From Hyaloraphidium curvatum SAG 235-1 (lineage: Eukaryota; Fungi; Monoblepharomycota), in the NCBI GenBank assembly GCA_025558095.1, contig JAIVFI010000010.1, forward strand, positions 754,744-818,743: DNA of 64,000 nucleotides. Reading direction: 5' to 3'. Below are positions 56,535-64,000 of the stretch, one piece after another. Within the stretch, counting starts at the first letter, position 1, and each line of letters begins with the position of its first letter. Made by a program: the position numbers and the translations under genes. The notes under the pieces were generated by a model. That model searched no databases. It was given only the letters and a program-made list of their open reading frames with translations, and was not told the origin of the DNA.

Positions 56535-59187
56535 GGTGCCCAGATGGTCCTGGGACCCCGCGCCCGCCGCCAGCGATCGGATAAGGCGCATACGGCGTCG
56601 AGCTGACGGGAACGCCGAGGACGGTAGAGGCGGGGAAAGGGTGAGCGGGCGGCAGCGGCCGCGAGGGGGGTCCCGGGACGAGGGGCTACCCTCCAAGCGG
56701 ACGGCCGGCCCACCCCTCGGGAAATGACCTCGAATCGGCTCCTCCGGCCACCGCTAGTCCGCCATGCGGCGTATATTCAGCGCTGGGGTCGAGCGGCCGG
56801 CGGACGTGGAAGCGACGGACCTCCACCAGGCAGACCACGACCCCCCGGGCTCCTTTCTCGCCGGCGTCCACGCACTACACCCTCTCCCGGGCTAGCAGCC
56901 TACTGGTGGATAGCACCGGAGCTGGCGGTGCTGGCCGTGCCCGGAGTCGGCAAATCCGAGCCGAATTGCGGGCAGGGCTGCGATCCGGAGTTCCGTTTGG
57001 CGGAGGTGCCGCCCTGGATCGCCGATTCTGGGCGGCACCAGCCGTGTGGTGCCGGGCGGTGCCGCCCAGAATCGCCGATTCTGCACCCAACAGGGTACTA
57101 GTAGCGTTGAACCCATGACACGGGGGTGTGTCCCCTCATGGGGGTGGGTGGCTGTGGCATTTCGGACGGGGTCTGCAAGCTGGACGCTGGGGATGTCTAC
57201 TCAACCGAAGCAGTTGGGGGGTTCTCTCACTCCCTAGTGCTTAACGTTGCCGAGAAGTGCCTGCCGCCACCTAGGTGGACCACTACCGGTTAGGTTAGTT
57301 GAGGACTAGGGATTATGCATAATCCTGGGCGCACCCGCCATAGGATCCCACATGCTTTTGCCCTGTGTCAGGGCCAAAATTCGGACGATACCTGTTGGAT
57401 AGTTGGGAACACTTGGTAAAAAGAACTGTGCAACACCTGTTAACAGGTTACCAAATACCTGTTGTCTAATTGAAAACCTGTTGACCACCTGTTTTATACC
57501 TGTTCAATTTCCCACAGGGCTTCCAGCCCAACCTCCTGGGTGGCCAGTCTGCTTGACACACACCAACCCCGCTGCGGCTCCTCCCACGTCCATGGCACAA
57601 TGCGCCGGATCAGCGGAGCCATGGGCTGTCACGCCGATCCGCTGTGGGTACATCTGGTGGAGCCCTGCCGCGGCCGAGGAGCCGGTCCGGGGAGAAGTCC
57701 CATGCGCACAATCCGGTCAGGGCGCCTGCCACCGCCGGAGCCCACGCGCTGGTATCCAAAAAGCACGGGGGGCGCGCCAGGGCGCGGCAGGACAGCGAGG
57801 GAGAGTGCCACGGGCGTGGCCATGTCGGTCCGCTTCACGGGGTCGGCGCCGGTGCCCGGATGGTCGTGCGACCCCGCGCCGCCGCACGGTTGGAAAGGCG
57901 CATACTGCGTCGAGATGGCGGGGGCGCCGAGGTCGGGAGAGGAAGGGCAGGGGAACGGGCGGCGGCGCCGCGAGGGGGGTCCCGGGACGAGGGCACCCTC
58001 GAGGCGAGGCAGGCCCACCCCTCCGGGAAATGACCTAGAATCGGCTCCTCCGGCCACTGGCTAGTCCGCCACGCGGCATGTATTCAGCGCTGGGGTCGAG
58101 CGGCCGGTGGACGTGGAAGCGACGGACCTCCACCAGGCGGACCACGACCTCCGGGGTCCTTTCTCGCCGGCGTCCGCGCACTACACCCTCTCCCGGGCTA
58201 GGAGCCTACTGGTGGATAGCGCCGGAGCTGGCGGTGTCGGTAGTGCCCAGGAGACCCGTTTCTACGCCGAATTGTGGGCAGGGTTGCGTTCCGCAGCTGT
58301 GGGGGACGGATGTGACGCCTAGAAACGCCGTTTCTGGGAGTCGCCACCCGGCTGGTGACTTGTGGCGACTCGTAGAAACGCCGTTTCTACGCCCAACAGG
58401 GTACTAGCTCGGCGTGCCACGGGTCCGGCACATGCCGCCGACGGGCATGGGCAGAAGGCGTCAGAACCATCGTGCGCAAGGAGCACTCCGGGGCCGCGGC
58501 GATGTGGCGCCGGGGCGCTTTCCTCGCCATCCAGGAACACCGTGCGTTTGGGCCGGTCTTCGTTGAGGAGCTCCAGCCAACGGACGAGTCCCGCTAGGGC
58601 ATGCGTATCCAGGAGGTTGCCCGGCGCCGCGGCCGTCGCACCCGTGCCAGTGTCACTCCGCTTCGCGATGCGGCCCTCCTGGCTGATGGTAGAAGTGTAG
58701 GCGGCTAGCAACGAGTTCCACATCGTCACGCGGAAGAGCAGAACAAGGGACGAGACGGTGGCCACGACAGCCTGGGCACGTCCGAATCCCCCCGGCAGAT
58801 AGAGCAGCCAGAACGCGGCCCAGTTTGCGGCACAGCACAGGAACGCGGCGGCCATCACCCCGAACAGGAAGCGCGCCGCGGGTACGGCCGCCCTGTGCAG
58901 GCGGAACTGCAGGGCGAGCGGCGCGCTCGCGGTCCGCAGCTCCGCGGCCATCGATTTGCTGGTCAGTGGGCGCTCCTTCCGCAGCTCTGCGGCACGGTCG
59001 GGCGGCGCCGGGTTGCCGGAGAGGTCGTCGGAGACGTCGCCCCGGGCCGGGAAGAGTGCCAACCATTCGGCCTCGGTGAACGCGCGGCCGTCGGAGGAAG
59101 CGTCATCGCGATTGGGGACGCCGTCATATTGAGCAAAATCTTGACTTCAATGGCGCGAAAAAGAGCCAGGTGAAGGGCGCCGCCCTT

Positions 59188-60156
59188 CTAGGCCGAGCCG
59201 CCCCTGACCTCCTCGTAAGGGAACCCCTCCGGGATCATCTCCTTCCTCCCCCACAGCCAGCCCACCAGGAACTCGAGCGCGTCCACCAGCCGCGGCCCCG
59301 ACCTGTTGAACATCTGGTTCCCATCCACCAGCACCACCCTCGCCGCCCTCGCCTCGAGCTCGCCCCAGAAAGCGTGCTGCGGGTCCTTCTTGATCCGCTG
59401 GAGCTCCCTCTTGGTCGTCGGGATGTCGATCCCGCACGGGCACACGACCAGGTCGTCGAGCGCGTGGCGCGCGGCCTCCTCGGGCGGCGTACGCCGCGAC
59501 GGCCCCGCGGCGAGGCCTGGCCCCTTGGGCGGGTTGATTGGGTGCGAGCCGCCTGCCATCTCGATCATCTGCGCCGTCCAATGGCCGCCGGGGAAGAGGG
59601 GCACCGGCCATTCCGCAAAGAGCACGTCGCGCCGCTTCCCGCCCGCCTCCTTGAGCCGGTCCTGTGCAAAAGCCGTCGCCTTGTCAATCCTCGCCCTCAG
59701 ATTTGCCGCTGCGGTCTTCGCCTCCTCCTCCAACCCCACGCTCCGCCCCACCGTCTTGACATCGTCCAGCACGTCCCACAGCGACGCCGGGTTCAGCGTC
59801 ACGACCTCGGGCCGCGGCTCCATCGTCTTTGCCACGCGGTGCACGGTGCCTACATCGATTGCGCACACCTCGCACAGCGATTGGGTGAGGATCACGTCGG
59901 GCTTGAGGCGCCGGAGCGCGTCGGCATCGAGGGTGTACAGCGACTTGCCCTCCCCCAGCGCCTGCGAGACCTGCCGGTCCACGTCCTCGGTCGTCGTGAA
60001 CGTCGTCTTTTGACCGGTGACGACGGGAAGGTGGGAAATCGAGGCCGGGAAGTCGCACTCGTGGCTGCGGCCGACGAGCATGGTCCGCGCGGAGGGAAGA
60101 AGGAGCAGGAGCTCCGTGGCCGAAGGTAGAAGGGACACGACGCGGAGGGCGGTCAT
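59188..60156 (-). CDS. Mirror copy of the BtuF/TroA-like gene
   Basis: Translation identical to 52555-53523; lies in the inverted arm. Confidence 0.6.
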   Translation of the reverse strand: MTALRVVSLLPSATELLLLLPSARTMLVGRSHECDFPASISHLPVVTGQKTTFTTTEDVDRQVSQALGEGKSLYTLDADALRRLKPDVILTQSLCEVCAIDVGTVHRVAKTMEPRPEVVTLNPASLWDVLDDVKTVGRSVGLEEEAKTAAANLRARIDKATAFAQDRLKEAGGKRRDVLFAEWPVPLFPGGHWTAQMIEMAGGSHPINPPKGPGLAAGPSRRTPPEEAARHALDDLVVCPCGIDIPTTKRELQRIKKDPQHAFWGELEARAARVVLVDGNQMFNRSGPRLVDALEFLVGWLWGRKEMIPEGFPYEEVRGGSA

Positions 60157-60697
60157 CGCGATGAGAAAGACGCGTCGGGAACGTGTCGATGGGGGACTAG
60201 AGGAATCGAGGCGATGCGTGTTCGCCGTTCGAGGTCGGGGCGTGCCCACGGGCAGGGAGAGTGATTGCCCCTGAAACGGAAGCCCAATGGACTATCTTCT
60301 CCATTCGCGAGGCCAATATGTACAGCGATACGAATGGCATTGTTTCGCTTTTCCCCTCTGCAAGATAGCATGGGTGGCAAAGTGCGGTGCACCGACGCTG
60401 ATTCCCAGACGAGGCTTTCCGGCAGGTCGGCGAGGCAGCTCCAAAGGGGTGACAGCATACGAGATTGTGGACTCTGCCTGAATCGCAATCGAGACGTATA
60501 TGGTCGAAGCCTCCCAGGCTGCTGGCCGGATATCAGGGTGCGGCAGGTTCGGATCAGGGCTCCCGAGCTCCGCCGACCGGCCACCAGCCAGCGCGGCCGG
60601 ATCCGGGGACGCGTCTCGCTATAAAGCCGCGTGCCGAATAGAATAGCGAGGGCCCGCGACGTGTCCGGCCCAAACCGAGGCTGCACTTCTTGCGGCG

Positions 60698-62309
60698 ATG
60701 TCTCACTCCGCGGCCTCCCGGCCCCTGGACGAACCACGGCCTCGGCGGCACGCGCCCCCTGCGCCCGAAGCCCCGCGATTCGTCGCGCCCGAGTTCCTGC
60801 GACAGACCGCGGACCCGCCGCTCCCGACTTCTCTCGACCGCATCAACTGGACGCACTTCCTCCTGCTCACGGTCACCCCCCTGCTCGCCCTGTACGGCCT
60901 CGTCACGGTCCCGCTCGTGGCCCCGACCGCCATCTGGGCCGCAGCCTACTACTTCTGGAGCATTTTCGGGATCACCGCGGGCTACCACCGCTACTGGTCG
61001 CACCGGAGCTACGATGCGGGCCCGCTCATGCGGTGGTGGCTGCTGCTGGGGGGCACCGGCGCCGTGCAAGGCAGCGTGAGGTGGTGGGGCCGGGGGCACA
61101 GGCAGCACCATCGGTACACGGACACGTACAGGGTGAGCATCGGCCGCGGAAAGGTGCGGGGGGGGGATGCAAGGAAGGCGATGGCGGTGTTTCGTCCGAG
61201 CGAGCGCAGTGGGCTTCCGCTGGTGCCGGCCACGTGTCACCCGCGGACGACACGCTTTCTTTCGGGCAAGAGCTCACCCTTTCTCCCGTTGCAGGATCCT
61301 TACTCGGCGCGCAAGGGCCTCCTCTGGTCGCACATCGGCTGGATGCTGACCAAGGAGGACCCCGCCAACCGCGGCCCCATCGACGTGTTGGATCTGGACG
61401 CCGACGGGATGGTCCGGTGGCAGCACCGGAACTACGGCATGCTGGCGCTGCTCATGGGATTCATCTGGCCCGCGGTGGTGGCTGGGGTGGGGTGGGGCGA
61501 CTGGAAGGTCGGTCTCGAGCTAAGCGCGGTCGCAGGCGGCGGCGAAGCTGATGCGCCGCAATCGGCAGGGCGGATTCTTCTACGCCGGCATCACCCGTCT
61601 TGTCGTTGTGCACCACGCCACCTTCTGTGTCAACTCGCTCGCGCACTACCTCGGCGACGCCACCTACACGGACCGCCTCACCCCGCGCAACCACCTCCTG
61701 ACCGCCCTGGTGACCGGAGGCGAGGGATACCACAACTTCCATCACGAGTTCCCGCATGACTACCGCAACGCGATACGGTGGTGGCAGTACGATCCGACCA
61801 AGTGGCTCATCCGGGGCGCGGCGGCGCTCGGCCTCGCGCACGGGCTGCGGACGATGCCGGACGACGCGATCCGCAAGGGCGAGCTGCTGCAGATCGAGAA
61901 GGAGCTGGCGAGGCAGAAGGCGCGGCTGAGCTACGGAAACTCGCAAGGATGAGCTGCCGTCGTGGACGTGGGAGGAGTGTGGGTTCGAACGCCGCAGCGA
62001 CGGCGGCATCCGCTCACCACAGCCTCTGCCATGCATGCAGTCCAGGCCCTGCACATCGAGGGTCGCAAGCTCCTCTGCATCTCCAACGTCATCTACGACG
62101 TCGCGGATTTCCTTCCCCACCACCCCGGCGGCCGCCACCTGATTAAGCTCAGCCTCGGCCGCGACGTCACGGCGGCGTTCAACGGCGGGGTCTACTTCCA
62201 CGGCCAGGGGGCGAGGCATATCCTCCAGGGGATGGCGATCGCGAAGCTGGATCCGCCGGTGGGGCCCGACGTGGAGCTGGATTCGGACGGGAAGCCGAGG
62301 TCCGCTTGA
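60698..62309 (+). CDS. OLE1: Mirror copy of the delta-9 desaturase (1-nt insertion near 61938)
   Basis: Same sequence as 50405-52014 except homopolymer indels (GGAAACTC versus GGAACTC). Confidence 0.55.
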
Positions 62310-62519
62310 TCCGCGGCCTTGCGAGCATAGATCTTGGGGTGGGCGCCGACGAACTTGAGGAATTGCTCGTGGTAGACCTAGTAGCATCTTGCTTGGCATC
62401 GATTCATTAGAATGATGATCTTCAACGTCGGTCAAGCGAGAGTGGATCCCGGGGCACCGACCTGCGGGACGCGTCGGCGGTCCCGTTTCTTCCTCTACAT
62501 TCAGCCCCGCCTCCCGCGC

Positions 62520-64000
62520 CCCAGCGATTGCTGGCGACACTTCGGCCCGCGCTCCCCGCGCCGACAGTGCCGCTCCCCCACCCGCGCCGGACCTGAATGC
62601 CCCGCTGCCGATTTCTCCCGGCCGGGCGGCGGCGCTCCTCGCCCGCATTTACCTCCCCCCGACTCCCTCTTCGGCGCCAAACGCGCCGACCGCCGCCTCG
62701 CCGACGCCGCGGAGGACGACGAGATGGCGGAGGGCGAGCCGGAGCGGGTGCGCAACGCCGGGGGGCCGCCCGTGCTGGCCGAGTTTGCCCCTTCGGACCG
62801 GGCGGCGGGGCTGCTGGCCGTGGCCACAGCGAATTCGATCATGGTGCTGAAGCGGGGATTTCGAGGCCGAGGCGAGGGCCGAGCAGCCGGGCTCAACGGC
62901 GGCGAAGGGGTGCGTCCTTCGTCGGCACGCGTCGGCGACAGGGGGGTGACGCGTCCCCCATTCCAGCAAGTGGAAGTACGCGCTCGCCAAGACGTACGAG
63001 GCCGGGGCACGTGCGACGTGTCTGAGGTTCAGCCCGGAAACGCGCTGGGACGAACGGGGGGGGGCGGGTCGACGCCGAGCTCATGTGCGAACCCTTGCGG
63101 ACACGAGGCCGGCGATATCTAACGCTCGCCCTCTTGCCAGCTTCGCGGTCGGGTACGCCTCGTCGGACTGATCTTCTACCAAACGAGACGAGCCACGGGT
63201 GTCGCTGCTGGGAGGCCCCGTGACGGCGGCCATCTCGCACGCCCCGGAACGGGTTGAGCACCCGCAAGTGTCCGGCCCGTGCCGCGTGGTCGCCGTTGCA
63301 CAGGTAGAAGTTACCTGAGCTCGCATCTGGACCGCCTTCTCATCTAGTTCGCCTTCCAGACGCCGGCCTCTGTCCATCTACCTCTCCCCACTCCTCCTCC
63401 GCGCCGCACCATCCTCGCGCGGCACCGCCTCCCCTCCCCCGCCCTCTCCCTCTCCTTCCACCCACAGCACCGGCACATCCTCCTCTGCGCGTGCGGCGAC
63501 GGCGCCAAGGTGCTCGAGTGGCGGTCGGGCAGCTGGGCGTGGAGCTGCGCGCCGTTCCCGGCGCGCGGTGCACGGACGGGGAATGGGGGACGGAGGGGAC
63601 GGTGGTGGTCGCGGCGGAGGGGAAAGTGGGGCTGTGGAAGTGGGCAGGGGGGGGTGGTGGGGGAGGGGAGTCGTTCCCGAGGGCGGGCTGCTCAGGTGGG
63701 CGCGTGGGTCGGACGGCATCGGATCCAGCTAATTCGGGTTGGTCGACGTCGCCAGGTATTCGCGGGCCGGCAACGCCCTCGCATCGGCCTTTCGCCCTCG
63801 CGACCGACCTGCGCCCCGGCACCTCGGAGCTCGCGGCTCTTCAATCTGGACTCCAGGAGTGGGTGCAACGCATCCGTCTTCACCTGCAGGTTCGCCTAAC
63901 GCATCGCGGATCGCAGTACCCAAGCCGATTCCGATCCCGATGCCGGGGGTCGATGGCCCGCCCTGAGCTGGCACCACACGGAGCCCAGTGCTGGCGACCG
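62520..64000 (+). pseudogene. Error-ridden mirror copy of the WD40-like gene
   Basis: Colinear with 48687-50190 but with many small indels and substitutions, including at the start codon. Confidence 0.5.

Larger units (their letters stand above)
56535..64000 (-). repeat. Inverted copy of 48687-56164 (palindrome arm; probable fold-back artefact)
   Basis: Reverse-complement match centred near 56355; differences are mostly 1-2 nt indels clustered next to the centre and beyond about 62500. Confidence 0.93.

Noticed and set aside
56535-64000. Mirror genes (OLE1, BtuF-like, WD40) as a true segmental duplication
   Set aside because: Differences are mostly read-type indels with a positional quality gradient, and the symmetry axis is the telomere itself
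1-64000. Numerous long Arg/Pro/Gly-rich overlapping or antisense ORFs, and tRNA or rRNA genes
   Set aside because: The ORFs are shadows of high GC content on real genes; GTTCGA hits lie inside coding or intronic sequence without cloverleaf context

Overview
A very GC-rich, gene-dense eukaryotic chromosome end. Fungal-type genes (OLE1 with fused cytochrome b5, Nha1/Sod2-type antiporter, Ost4, Mic10), short GT-AG introns and lineage-specific families point to an early-diverging fungus; a Monoblepharidomycete such as Hyaloraphidium is my guess, by inference only. Positions 1-53.5 kb hold about 38 genes or gene relics, many as tight divergent pairs and many with bacterial-type products. The unique sequence ends in two related subtelomeric elements with Helitron-like CTAG and hairpin termini, an AT-rich AACAGGT array and a short (TTAGG)n telomere (56165-56320). 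Everything after about 56535 is an inverted copy of 48687-56164 with read-type indel errors, most likely a long-read fold-back artefact, although a hairpin end or fusion is not excluded. Best leads: (1) a 7-TM family with insect gustatory/odorant-receptor-like (7TMIC/DUF3537) topology, present as one intact gene and two relics; (2) a TTAGG telomere added directly inside a structured mobile element whose hairpins covary between copies; (3) a nuclear gene for only the N-terminal half of mitochondrial S3; (4) a possible aromatic-catabolism cluster; (5) an in-frame TGA in a CxxU context. All calls come from reading motifs by eye, no searches were run, and splice coordinates are manual.
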